Positions 22,090 to 35,139 of a stretch of DNA of 58,804 bases are shown piece after piece. This DNA comes from Heterodontus francisci. Its lineage: Eukaryota. Position 1 is the first letter of the stretch. The number at the start of each line of letters is the position of its first letter. Location of the stretch: positions 11,687,391-11,746,194 of the forward strand of contig NC_090410.1 in the NCBI RefSeq assembly GCF_036365525.1. Reading direction: 5' to 3'. Under the pieces are notes generated by a model. It ran no database searches. It worked only from the letters and a program-made list of their open reading frames with translations, and was not told the origin of the DNA. The translations under genes and the position numbers were made by a program.

Positions 22090-23959
22090 ACATATTAGCC
22101 ATGTTCTAACAATGTCAGAATAGACGTGAGGGGCTGAATAGCCTACTCCTGTTCTCATTTTACCTTCACTACTTCACTCCTCCCAGCACAGTGCCAGCTA
22201 TCAACCTTGCTGTCCCCTTTCTCCTAGTGCCACCTGCCAGCATCGTACACCTACCAGCTTACCCTTCAGCGCACAGTCACTTTCCACCCCAGTGCTCAGG
22301 CCAGCCACTCAACCCTGCTCCTCTAAGATTGCTGCTGACCACTCTTGCTCCCCTCAACAAGCACAGTTTGGCTCCCCTGTACAGATCAATTAATCATTGT
22401 TTCTCCAAGCAAAATAGCACGACCTACAAAAGACAATATAATTGGCTGCTCTCTCTCCTCTCAAGCCTCCACCCTCTATTTTGTCCATGCACGACTATAG
22501 TCAATGATTCTTAGCACATTCATCTCAAGTACCACCTTTCTCCTCCTACCACCCTCATGTCAAAAGCTGGTTAGAGTTAAGTTCTGATGAGCACTTCACT
22601 GCCGACAAAAATCAATTATAATTTTATGAAATGATGTTTACACAGCAGATGGCCAACTCAATAACTAATACCGGAATTCAAATGAAAAGCTTCCATGAGG
22701 CAAGGATGCTTTATTTCTCCACTATCTTTTACATCATCAAAAAATACATTGGTGTACATGTGCCAAAACTTTGCTGCAGAGGTAATCTTAATTGTGCAGC
22801 CAACTGTCACACACATCTTGGTGATAAAGTAACTGTTTTGCAAGAGAATTTTTTCTTCTGGAAAACATTTGTGTGAAGCAAAAATATGGAGAGTTAAGTG
22901 AACAGCACTATACCTTAATTGTTAAATTTCTCACTGGATTTTAAAGGACTGTCAGCAAGAATGTCCAGTAGTACAAGTTAAGGCAGAAACAAAAATATCC
23001 TTTTCATTCAACACAAACATTTTTATGTGCACACCCTGGTTATAAAGCAACATTTCAGTGACACAGGAGTAAATCATTGCCCTTTTTTTTTTAAAATAAA
23101 GTGGGTATTTGGCAAGATAATGCAAACTTTAAATGTCAATTAAGTGTTATAAACTCACCAGGAAAGAATATAGGAAACATTAGTAAAAATAAGACATGTT
23201 CATCATCCAACCTTTTACTCAGCTGATGTGACATTGTCCTCTGCATAAATAATTTAGCTCAATACAGAATCAAGGCAGCATTGATGCAAGATTTAAAGCC
23301 TTTTGTTCACAAAGGTTGCACCCACAGGTTTTGCAGAATAAATTAAAAAGATATAACAAATATAGTTGTGACCTGCTATCCCAAGAAACAAGTGTCATAC
23401 AATCTGCTAGCTTTCAAACAGTATTAGCTAAAGTTATTACTGTGGGAATCAGCAGGAAGCTCAGACCTCTGCCCTAGTGAGCCAAATACCCAAGTATAAA
23501 AGACACTAGGTTCAGAAGAGATGAACACTGTTCTTTCACAACTGTTAATTAAATGAGTAGTGATGCGCATTATTGAGCCATGGTCTTGGTCTGATGCAAT
23601 ATGATATTAATCTCCATAGTTTACATTAGGACCAGCAACTTTTCATCGAAATGTTTACACAGAGATCCCAACAGTGACTTGGGCATTGTCTTTTGTCAAA
23701 CTAGTTTACTTAGCACATTCTGTACAGATTTACAAGTAACTAGTGTAAACTGGGAATATTAATCTTGCAAATATAAAAGTAATGGATGTCTCTATTTCAT
23801 CATGAACCAAATGCTATCTGCAAAGCATGTCAACCAACAAGTCCCAACCTATTCAGGAACTTCAAGCACCGGAGGAGAAGGAATCATTGTATTCAGGATC
23901 ATCAGGACACAAGTCCATAGACAGAGTGTCAGTGCTTCCAAGACGTAGGCAACTAGCAT

Positions 23960-24077
23960 TCACATTTCATCATTTAGGCCATAGTCCTCCTCTGGATAAT
24001 CTCCCACTGTTACAGACTGTGGCTTCACAAAGGCACCATACTTGTACTGACACTGAAAATACCTCTTCCCATTCACG
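23960..24077 (-). CDS. TBCB: Tubulin-folding cofactor B, exon 6 (end of CAP-Gly domain, stop)
   Basis: [38 protein letters not shown]; AG acceptor at 24078-79. Confidence 0.95.
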
Positions 24078-24211
24078 CTGCAAAAGAAACAAAAGCAATT
24101 ATTTGAAGAAACTAATTCTACTGTGGTAGTTTTACATTCTAAATGCTATTTCAGCACATGATTCAATAACCAATCACTGGCAGCAATCGAATTCCACAGC
24201 AAAGACTTTAC

Positions 24212-24284
24212 CTGCCATCATGTTTTCCTAAAGGTTCATCGTATTTCAGTCCAATCCAGTATCCTGGTTTAAAATCAGTTTGAC
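24212..24284 (-). CDS. TBCB: TBCB exon 5 (CAP-Gly GKHDG motif)
   Basis: [25 protein letters not shown]; canonical AG/GT; phases 1 and 2 fit the neighbouring exons. Confidence 0.95.
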
Positions 24285-24507
24285 CTGAAACAGAAAACAT
24301 ACATGAGACATACACTATTGATTTGAGACAATGTGCAAACTTAGACTGAACACTGGAATGTTTACTATGAATACACATTAAGTGGCAATGCAATGTGCAA
24401 CTAGATCTACAACTAGACACAATGGGCTCCTGGCTGACCCAAAGAGGCCAGGCCTGTGGATCCTTGTTTCAGGTTTGAAACTGTGCTACTGGAACTAACA
24501 AGCTAAA

Positions 24508-25335
24508 TGTCATGAAGACCCCCACCTGCCAAGAATGAGGAATATTAATTTTGTCATATGAACATTAACTTTAAACTGTTGCTGGAATGAATAGATGACT
24601 TGTTTAAAGAGATCAGCAGTGGCTGGAAAATATTTGCATTCCAAGAGACAGTTGCATCAGAAAATGGGAACTGCTCAATTAACAGAAATTGGTCTGGGCA
24701 ATGGTGAGCCACATCTGGTCGGTGTAAGAGACAGCACTACACACCTCCCCCCCCCCCCCCCCCCCCGCCCCGCCCCGCCAAGAGCTCTGAAATCCACAAA
24801 CCACAGGAGCATTTGTTCCAAATAAAGGGTTAGTCACATGACTAACTGTTGGCCAACTTGGAGTTTTAAACTGCTCACAGAACATCTGGGGTCAGACTGC
24901 AGATTTCAACTGAACTTGGAACAGAGCCTCTCTCTCTCTCTTTCACTATCTCTGGACCCACTGAAGTCACTTAAACCTCAAGAGAGAAAAGGCTCCTACA
25001 TCGAAACAAGTTTTAAAGCATGCACTGGACTCCAATGGAATGGCAAAAACTCTTCAGATATTGCCTCAAACTTTATTTTTCTGTCTCTATTTACATGCGC
25101 GTATTGTGTATGCATGGGCGCGTCATGTAACCGTAGGCGTCAACCGAATTTCAATCTTTTTTCTTTAAAGCTAAGAAAACCTGTTTGTGCTGGTGTCTGC
25201 CATATAATTGGAAAGCGGTGAACAAGGATCACCAAGGGGGAGCTCAAAACACTGTTTAAAATTAAACCCAGTTACAGTAAGACCTGGTGAAGCATGAAAG
25301 GGAACCCTAGACCTCTTTCTCACTTGGTCGTAACA
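24508..25335 (+). mobile_element. LTR (Gypsy-type) in TBCB intron 4
   Basis: TGTCATG...CGTAACA termini; homologous to 28684-29602; no TSD. Confidence 0.88.
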
Positions 25336-27213
25336 CCTTCTTAACCTGTCCTGCTACCTTCTGGGATCTGTGGACAAGGTCCCTCACTTCTTCTACACTT
25401 CTCAGTATTTTCCCATTAATCGTGTATTCCTTTGCCTTGTTTGACCTCCCCAAATGCATCACCTCACACTTCTCCAGGTTGAATTCTAGTTGCCACTTTT
25501 CTGCCCATCTGACCAGACCATCAATATCTTCCTGCAGCCTACAGCTATCCTCCTCGCTATGTACCACACGGCCAATCTTTGGGTCGTCTGCAAAATTCTT
25601 GATCATGCCCCCTACATTTATGTCCAAATCGTTAATATATACCACAAAAAGCAGGGGACCCAGTACTGAGCCCTGCGGAATGCCACTGGAAATAGCCCGC
25701 CAGTTGCAAAAACACTTGTCAACAATTACCCTTTGTTTCCTGTCACTGAGCCAATTTTGTATCCACTTTGCTGCATTTCCCTGGATCCCATGGGATTTTC
25801 TTTTAAGTCTGCTATGTGGGACCTCGTCAAAAGCCTGGCTAAAATCCATCAATTGCACTACCCTCATCTATCTTCCTTGTTACTTCTTCAAAAAGTGGGG
25901 CAGCACAGTGGCGTAGTGGTTAGCACCACAGCCTCCAGGGACCCGAGTTCGATTCTGGGTACTGCCTGTGCGGAGTTTGCAAGTTCTCCCTGTGACTGCG
26001 TGGATTTTCGCCAGGTGCTCCGGTTTCCTCCCACAGCCAAAGACTTGCAGGTTGATAGGTAAATTGGTCATTGTAAATTGCCCCTAGTGTAGGTAGGTGG
26101 GTGGTAGGGATTATGGGATTACTGCAGGGTTAGTATAAATGGGTGGTTGTTGGTCAGCACACACTCGGTGGGCTGAAGGGCCCGTTTCAATGCTGTATCT
26201 CTAAATAAATAAATAAAATTCAACCAAGTTGGTCAAACCAGATCATACCTCAACAAATCCATACTATCATTGATTAACCTGTGCCTTTCTAAGTGGCAGT
26301 TTATCCTCTCTCTCAGAACACATTCCAATAACTTGCCCACTACTAAGGTTAGACTGACTGGCCTATAATTATTCGGTCTATCCTTCGCTCCCTTTTTAAA
26401 CAGAGGTACAACGTTAGCAGTTCTCCAATCCTCTGGCACCACACCTGTATCCAGTGAGGACTGGAAAATGATGGTCAGACCTTCTGCTTTTCCTCTCTTG
26501 CTTCTTTAACAACCTAGAGTACATTTCATCTGGCTGTGGTGATTTATCAACTTTCAAGGATGCTAATCCCATTAATACTTCCTCTCTACCTATGTTTATC
26601 ACATCCAATACTTCACACGCCTCCTCAACTACAATATCTGCATTGTCCCCTTCTTTTGTGAAGACAGACACAAAGTATTCATTAAGAAACATATCAACAT
26701 CTTCTGCCCCTCCACATAGGTTACCTTTTTGGTCTTTTATGGGCCCTACTCTCTCCTTAGTTATCCTCAATGTATTGATAAAACATCTCTGGGTTCACCT
26801 TGATTTTGCTTGCCAATATTCTTTCATGCCCTCTCTTTGCTTTCCTAATTTCCTTTTTGATTTCACCCCTCCACTTTCTATACCTCTCTCGGCTTTCTGT
26901 AGTATTGAGTTCTCGGTGTTGGACATAAGCTTTCCTTTTCTGCCTCATCTTACCCTGTAGCTCCTTGACATCCAAGGAGCTCTATATTTGGCCGTCTCAC
27001 CCTTTTTCTTTGTGGGAACATGTTTACTCTGAACCCCTTGAATCTCCCCCACTGTTCTAACACTGATTTACCTTCAAGTAGCTGTTTCCAGTCCACTTTC
27101 GCTAAATCACTCCTCAGTTTAGTAAAATTGGCCTCGCCCCAATTGAGAACTCTAACTCCTGTTCTACCTCTGTCTTTTTCCATAATTATGTTAATTATGA
27201 CTGAATTATGATC
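25336..27213 (-). mobile_element. CR1 ORF2 fragment interrupted by an HE1 SINE
   Basis: DFSQAFDEVPH, GIPQGSVLGP, VPEDWRTANVVPLFKKG. Confidence 0.88.
25897..26216 (+). mobile_element. HE1-like V-SINE
   Basis: A/B boxes, V-domain, TAAA tail. Confidence 0.88.
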
Positions 27214-28683
27214 AGTAGTGAAAGAGAGATTGTAGGTCAGATAGACCAGGCAGTGACAAGAGACAATCTCCTGCATTTTCCCTGAACGTATAGTGAATCA
27301 GGCCATGATCAAATCAGCTTCCCCAGAGAATAAATTGGCACTGCAGGCAGATGACCATGAGGTCTGTCTGCCTGAGACTTTCTTTGCAAAGTTAGAAGAC
27401 CCAGGGAATGAAATAAATGAATCTTTCCTAGTTGAGGCTCAATGAGCTGACCCAGTATTGAGAGAGTTAGCACAGGCTGTCCAGTCTGAAATTGAAGCAG
27501 AGGGAGTCCGTGACTGCTACTATCTAAAGAATGAGGTATTCGATGAGGAAGTGGAGTTCTCCTCACAGACCTGAGGGCAAGGAGTGGACAGTGTTTCACC
27601 AGTAAGTGGAGCCGCAGAGGTACCAGAGAAAAATATTAAAAATGGCCCACAAGATTACAGTGGCTGTACACGTCTGTACATGAAAAACCTAAGTCTGCAT
27701 AAGACAGCAGTTTGACTGGCCAAATCTCCACAAAAATGTGGAGGAGTATTGCAGGAGCTGCCACATGTGCCAGGTTGAGGGGAAACCCCAACCTACAGTG
27801 AAATCTGCACCCCTAAGTCCTGTATCGGTGTTTGGAGGACCCTCCAGCAGAGGGTTGGTGAACTGCAACCCTCTGCTGAGAACAAAAGGGGACATGCAGG
27901 CATAAGACTGGCAAAAGGTTAGAAAGGAAAGGGGAAAAAAAGGGACCAAGATGGCAGGTTAAAGGAATTGAGGGAGCAATCCCGGAAGAAAACCCCTACT
28001 GTCCAGTCAGTCAACCCCAAAATGTTTGAAAAGTTAGACTCCACATCCTCCTATGTAAATGCAGACACTAGAAGCACCCCACCTGAGTTGCTAACAGCAT
28101 TTACAGGAACCTGCAGAGAAAAAGAAAGTCAAGAGGGCAGAGAAACTGTGAGGGTGATGCCTCACCTAGTCAAAGTGCCGCAGGGACATGCAGTAGAATC
28201 TGGACAAATACCTGCAAGCAGGAGTGTCTCAGAAGACAAAGGGAAGATTAGCAAGGAATCCTCCCCCACGGTGAGAAAAGGGAACCAACCATTCCCCAAG
28301 GTGAAAAGCCCTTGCATGACTCAAAGCACTGAGAGCGTTCAGAGTGGTTCCACGTACTGTCGCCGCCCATGAGCAGAACTCCAACCTAGGGCTAATTAAA
28401 TTTAACCCCTCCCCCTGCAGACCTCAACACAAATAAAGACACTCTAGGCAGTCCTGGAAATGTACAAACTGAAAAACTTCCCCAAAAAATTACATGTTTA
28501 TTGGGAGGCCAAAAAGGGCAGTTTAAAGCAGCACTGCTACCAAAAGACAGGCTGTAACAGGTTTTAGAATTTCTGAATGAATGAGAGAGATGCATGTGTG
28601 TTTTCCAGTACCTACTCTTCTCTCTAGTCCCTCTTATGAAATGCTTTTTAAAAAATCACTTTTCATTCTGCTGGGTGTGGAGG
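27214..28683 (+). mobile_element. Decayed Gypsy internal region (integrase zinc-binding domain) ending in a PPT-like tract
   Basis: Translation ..KMAH...VH...FDWPNLHKNVEEYCRSCHMCQVEGKPQP (HHCC); GGGTGTGGAGG abuts the LTR at 28684. Confidence 0.75.
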
Positions 28684-29602
28684 TGTCATGAAGACCCCCA
28701 CCTGCCAAGAATGAGGCATATTAATGTCATCCTATGAACATCAATTTTAAACTGTTGCTGGAAAGAAGAGATTACTTGTTTAAGGAGATAAGCAGTGACT
28801 GGAAAAAATTTGCAATCTAAGAGACAGTCATCCAGAAAAAGACAATGGAAACTGCTCACTGATTCAATTAACAGAGATTGGTCTGGGCAACGGTGATCCA
28901 CACCTTGTCGGTGTAAGAGCACTACACCACCCCGCACCCCCACCCCAAGAGCTTTGAAATCCAAAAACCACAGGAGCGTTTGTTCCAAATAAGGGGTTAG
29001 TCACATGACTAACCTGCTGGCCAACTTGGAGTTTTGAACTGCTCACAGGACACCCGGGGTCAGACTGCAGATTGCAACTGAACTTGGAAGAGAGCCCCTC
29101 CCTCTCTCTCTTTCACTAATCTCTGGATCCAATGAAGTCACTTAAACCTCAAGACAGAAAAGACTTCTACATCGAAACAAGTTTTAAAGTGTTCACTGGG
29201 CCCCAACGAAACGGCAACTTACCGGCAACCAGAGACTCTACATCGAACTCAAAGGACCATAAATAGATCCCAGCTACTGCCTCAAACTTTTCCCCTTTAT
29301 TCTTTCTACTTCTATCTCTATCTGCGTGTATTTATCGCGTATGCATGCTAGCAGGGTCACATCGCTTATTCGTAGTCGTTAACCAAATTAGAGTTTAAGA
29401 TTAATAAACTTCCACCTTTCTTGCTTAAATCTAAGAAAACCTGTCTGATTGCTTTCCAATTGTAAGGCAAAGAAATCAGTGAACGAGGATTCACTGAGGG
29501 GGATCTAAAAACACGGTGTTTTTAAAATTAAACCCTGATACAGTTAAACCAGGGAAAGGCAGAGAGGGAACCCCTAGACCCCTTTCTCACCTGGTCGTAA
29601 CA
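28684..29602 (+). mobile_element. 3' LTR of a Gypsy-type element
   Basis: TGTCATG...CGTAACA termini, preceded by the PPT-like tract. Confidence 0.9.
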
Positions 29603-30381
29603 AACAAGTTTTCTTTTATAAAAAAAAGGAAAAGTTTTCAGGGTACCTCAGAAGCATGCAACATTTCAACACAGAAATACACTCACTTGGTATCCAACCA
29701 AGGCTCTAGAGAAAAGCAGTAAAATTCACAGGCCAGCATAGTTTTAGAACCATTATTTCTTACATTTACTATACAAAAATCCTCTCTTCCCCTTTAGATG
29801 TTACCTCAAAGCTTACTGTTCTGTGACAGAACATGTTGCGACATAACGGTTAGCCAAAATCAAGGGCATGGAATGTATCAGGGACCAAAGCTGCATTAAA
29901 AGCGGTTCCATTAACGCTGGCAGCCTGATGAGCAATGGTCTTCCAAATTTAGATGGACCATAAATACATTTAGTCAACTCTAGTTTTCATCTCAATCAAC
30001 AAAAGATACAACACAAAGGAATCTGTGTGGGGATAAGGAGGGCATCTGATACCCATAGAAGAATGAAATACCACTTTTGAGGAGAGGAAGATACTTTAAA
30101 TGTGAAACTATCCCTTTTTAGATCAGCCAAATTCACATACTTAGAATTTATTACGAACATAATCCATAGCTGCCCTTGATATTTATGGTTGTTAAACAAT
30201 TAGGGCTAAGCCCACAAACTCTGAACAACTGTCCTGATTTGAGAGATCAGCTGCTTTCCCAGATTACAGTCCAAATTATAGCTTTTTGTCTCAGAGCATG
30301 CAGGTGGTAAATAATGCAAGGCAAATTTTCCTTCAAACTTTACCACTGTGGATTCTACTGCCAAGTTACAAACCAACTTAC

Positions 30382-30573
30382 CAACATACATTACTGTTCC
30401 CCGTTTGGATGGCTGCCCCGAGATTAGAACCTCACACCTTGCACCAACTAGAATAGCATCTGCCAAAATCTTTTCCTCTTGTACCCTTTGCTCAAGCTCG
30501 ATCTGTTCCTTTGCTTTCTGCTCCTCGTTATACAAGCCCAATTTACTGCGTTTCAGGAACAAACGCATCGAAT
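30382..30573 (-). CDS. TBCB: TBCB exon 4
   Basis: [18 protein letters not shown]...VGARCEV...KRGTVMYVG; 192 nt, AG/GT. Confidence 0.95.
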
Positions 30574-31394
30574 CTAAAATAGAAATCAGTTAATTGTTTG
30601 GTTACAAACTGTCAGAAGCACTTTCAGCTAACATTGCTCCAACAAGCTGGAGACATAGATCAACAACTTAGTACAAATGTTAACTGAACAAATGGATCCT
30701 GGGGGGGGGGGGGGGGGGGGTGGAAAATGAAACTTTCCTGACCATTGTTACACACTAAACTTTATCCATCAGCTCTCAGCAATGCCAGCTTGGTACTTTC
30801 TCCCAGATGCATCCATTAACTCCCCTTCCCCATGGAAGAGAATACCTGATTGATTCAAGATCAACCTAGATCCAACTACAACATTTTGTATTTTTTCCTT
30901 TACACAGGGATGGATGGATTGAGTGATTTTTTTTTAAATGAGCTACTGGAAATGGAAATTAGAAGCTGGCAAAAAACTATGAGGAAAACAGGCCTGTTTG
31001 ACCTGATAATTAATATCAGATAAGGGAAAACAGTATGAAGTGGTTGCATTTTGACCATATTCCTAGTTACTCAGCAGATACTAAGCAACACTACTTATCA
31101 ACATGGAATGCTGCCATCTCACCACTGTGCCAGCTTGGACAAAGACATTTAGCTAGCTGGTGCCCATTCTCGATTCCTTGTTTTGCAATGCTGCCGTACA
31201 AGTTAGAGATTAATAGGAGCTCCACAAGGATCAGTTCTCAAAGCTTCTCAACACTGATTCATCAAAAGTTATTCAAGAACTAAACTTCAGAATTTTTGCA
31301 CTAGAACAGCCAAATTAAGTGAAATGTGAAGTCAAAAGCAATTATAAATTTAAAAGTAAGGGTTAAACTTCATAAGTAATTTCTAGCCTGAGCC

Positions 31395-31842
31395 AAACAT
31401 GGTCCCATTCCCTTATTATCCCTGTGCTTGCTGACTTACACTGCCTTCCAGTCAAGCAACATCTTGATTTTAAAATTCTCACCCTTGTTTTCAAATCCTT
31501 CCATGGTCTTGCCCCTCCCTATCTCTTAATCTCCTCCAGCCCCAAAACCCTCACATATTGGGCTCCTCTAATTTTGGCCTCTAGAGCATCCCCATTGGTG
31601 GTTACACCTTCAATTGCCTAGGCCCGAAATTCTGGGATACCCTTCCTACACCCCATAGCCTCTCCACATCACTTTTCTCCTTTAAGATGCTCCTTAAAAC
31701 CTACCTCTTTGACCAAGATTTTGGTCATCTGACCCAACATCTCCATAAGTGGCTCAGTATCATTTTGCTTTATAATGCTCCTGTGAATTGCCTTGGGATG
31801 TTTTATTACATTAAAGGCACTATGTAAATACAAGTTGTTGTC
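31395..31842 (+). mobile_element. L2 LINE 3' fragment
   Basis: LADLHCLPVKQHLDFKIL motif; CCTTAAAACCTACCTCTTTGACCAAG tail. Confidence 0.75.
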
Positions 31843-31849
31843 ATCTTAC

Positions 31850-31946
31850 CTGTTCGCTGGTCATAAGCTTCATTGGACATTTCATACTTTATAACTTTAG
31901 ACACATCCTCAAACTCGCCAATCTTCACTCCACTTTGATCTATTAC
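31850..31946 (-). CDS. TBCB: TBCB exon 3
   Basis: [32 protein letters not shown]; 97 nt, AG/GT. Confidence 0.95.
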
Positions 31947-32845
31947 CTACAAAACAAACATCTGAAATAATCACCCTAGTTAACTTTAAAGGAAAGATAG
32001 CAATAACCATTCTGCACAATTCCAGTATAGTAAAGACAGACTGATAATCTGCCCCAGAAATCCAAATCTTCAGTACTGTGCCAAAACTTCCTATATAACT
32101 GCAATCCATACTTAACAGAACTTCTCCACCTACATGTGGCATTTTGGTAATTTAGTGAATCTTATATTTATCAACTGTAGGATTAACACTTTAAAAGATT
32201 GTAATACTATTACATTTTTTTGTTTGTCAGCTCAGCAGCAATGATGGGGCAAAATGAATTCACTTTGTAGCAATTTCACACCACTCCAAAGACTAGTACT
32301 ATTTCAAAAAAAAGGTTCATCTGATTCATTCTTTTAGATTCCAGGAAGTGAAATTTCTCTCAAATGAAAACTGTACAAGAATATGGCAATCTCCATTTTT
32401 AAAAATTCTTTAACATGATCAAAACTGTATGTTTCAGAATACATTGCTATTTTGATGTGGGATATTAGAGAAAATTATTCTACAATTCTCCATTAAGACG
32501 AATTTTGAATTTTGGGCCTGTACGTTGGTTATATACACAATTTACTAACTAATTCACCTTTATTTTGTATTGCCAGATTTTAACTAAACATCTATGGTAA
32601 GTATTTGAAAGAGCATCAGTTTTTGTACACAATTAGCTGTGATAATTAAAGATTGAGGAGCAAGAGAGTGAGAGTAGCCTAAAGAGATATGATCTAAGCA
32701 GCATTTAGATGGAGGGAAAGTTGGGCCAATTTCAAACTAGGTCCAGTCAGTAAGTGGCAATTAGGGATTTTAAACTGGAGACAGATTGAAAGAGAAACAA
32801 CAGCACTAGGAAAGGGAATAGGTTTACTGAATACACTCAGGATTG

Positions 32846-33049
32846 TTTATTTTATTTATTTAGAGTTACAGCACTGAAACAGGCCCTTCGGCCCACCGAG
32901 TCTGTGCTGACCATCAACCACCCATTTATACTAATTCTACATTAATCCCATATTCCTACCACATCCCCACCTTCCCTCAATTCCCCCACCACCTACATGT
33001 ACTAGGGGCAATTTATAACGGCCAATTTACCCATCAACCTGCAAGTCTT
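32846..33049 (-). mobile_element. HE1-like SINE, 3' half
   Basis: Antisense tail ACAGCACTGAAACAGGCCCTTCGGCCCACCGAGTC. Confidence 0.8.
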
Positions 33050-33437
33050 TCTTGAAGCAAAATGCCTAAAATCAGTAAGGGATCAAGCAACACTAGTTAA
33101 GAGCAATGGATGACGACAACAGCAGCAACTTCAACAACTGTATTTATACAGTACCTTTAAGGTGGTAAAACATCCCAAAGCACTTCACAGGAGTTTTATC
33201 AAAAAACATTTGACACCAAGCACAGAGATATTAGGATAGAAGGCAGTAGGTTTCAAGGACCCTCTTAAAAGGAGGAAAGAGAGATGCAGCAGTTTCAGGA
33301 GGTTATTCCAGAGTTTAGGGCCTTGGCAACTGAAGGCACTGCTGCCAATGGTAGAGCGATTAAAATCAGGAATGCTCAAGCAGTCAGAATTGGAGGAGTG
33401 CAGAGACCAGAGGGTTGCGGGGCTGGAGGAGATTAAA

Positions 33438-33879
33438 GAAAGACTTGTATTTATATAGCGCCTTCCGTGACCAATGGGCATCCCAAAGTGCTTTGCAGCC
33501 AATGAAGTACTTTACGCCCCTGTTGTAATGTAGAAAATGTGGCAGTGAATTTGTGCACAGCAAGCCCCCACAAACAGTGTGATAACGTCCAGACAATCTA
33601 TTTTTGTAATGGTGATTGAGGGATAAGTATTGGTCAGGACACCAGGGATAAGTCCCCAGCTGTTTTTTGAAATAGTGCCATGGGATCTTTTACGTCCACC
33701 TGACAGCCTTGGTTTTAACATCTGATCCAAAAGAGGGTACCTCCGACAGTGCAGCACTCCTTCAGTACTGCACTGGAGCGTCAGCTTTGATTGTTGTGCT
33801 CAAGTCCTCGAGCAAGACTTGAACCCACAACCTTCTGCCAGAGTGGTGAGTAAACCACGGACTGAGCCACAGCTGACAC
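33438..33879 (-). mobile_element. Deu-domain SINE nested in an antisense L2 fragment (about 33120-34020)
   Basis: Antisense head CTGAGCCACAGCTGACAC and Deu core CCGACAGTGCAGCACTCC. Confidence 0.78.
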
Positions 33880-34995
33880 CATTTACAAAGATAGGAGGGA
33901 TTTGAAAACAAGGATGAGAATAAAAAAATTATTTAACAAGGAGCTAATGTAGATCAGTTAGCACAGGGGGTGATGGGTAAACAGGACTTTGTTAGACTTA
34001 GAACACAGGCAGCAGAAAGCGCTAGCAATCTGGTAGAAAGTACTTGGAACGGTGTCTATAACATGATAATTGAAGGAGAGGAAGGCACATTGCAAACCAA
34101 AGTTTTGGATTTCAAAAAGTCTAAATTTGAAAGGAAGATGGTGGAATTGACTGGAATAGGATGAGAGAAATCAGTAGACCAATTTACAGACCAACAACGA
34201 AAACTATTCAGCAATGCTCAACATTGCCGAAATATAATAAGTGTACTTCTGTGAAGATGCAGTGGGATGATGAAACTGAGAACTGGGAGAATGACAGAAG
34301 GAACACACTCATCCACACAACCTCCAGGAAACAATGACCCCGACAGCACATCACTAATCCTATATCCTGGGATATTTAGCTCCCAAATCACTACAACTTC
34401 ATACTCATCAAGCTGGATTCTTGCTTTCAATAACACTCCTAAAACTTAAAACAAAGTGTCTTATGTTGCTTAGGATGTTCCAAAATGCTCCACCAAAAAT
34501 TAATTCTTTTTGAACTGCTGCAAATATTACATAGGCAGTAGTAATTTTGTGCACAGCAAGTTCCCACAAAAAGCAATGACTGAGACGAACAGTTTAATTG
34601 TTTTTGGTAGCAATAGTAAGGACAGGACAGCTTCTTGAGCAGCTTCAAATAGAGCCATTGATATGAATAGGCAGACATTTACTATTAGTCCGACATCACA
34701 TTCAGAAAGATAGCAGGCACAATTGTGAAGCACTGCTTTAATTCTGCATTCTAGTGCCAGCCTAGATTGTGTTCAGTGCTGGAATTAGAGAAATCAACAA
34801 GACCAAGGAAGACTGAAAAAAACTATGGTATTAAAGGACAATTAAAAAAGGAATATTAAAAAGTACAAGATTAAAAAGCAAGATCTTTGTAAATTTACAA
34901 TCTTTATCTGAAGTAAAAATTCTATTTTCAAACTAAACAGTTGAGAGGTTCACATTTAGTGAAAACAGTTACCTGACGGTGCTATTTATACTCAC

Positions 34996-35139
34996 ATGTA
35001 TCCGGCAGCGGTCATCAACAGGATAGGATCCGAGCAGTGCATCATCTTGGTCCACCAAGCTGATGAATTTGTCATCTGGACTGAATAGCTGCAGCTCCAT
35101 GCAGGAGGCAGGACAGCCCACAATCAGTTCCAGTTTGCA
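34996..35139 (-). CDS. TBCB: TBCB exon 2 (ubiquitin-like domain)
   Basis: [19 protein letters not shown]...[17 protein letters not shown]; 144 nt, AG/GT. Confidence 0.95.

Noticed and set aside
22578-22612. AGTTCTGATGAG as another hammerhead
   Set aside because: No GAAA at the required position and no convincing stem I partner
30701-30720. Poly-G run (and poly-C near 24746-24766)
   Set aside because: Simple homopolymers of uncertain length with no supporting context
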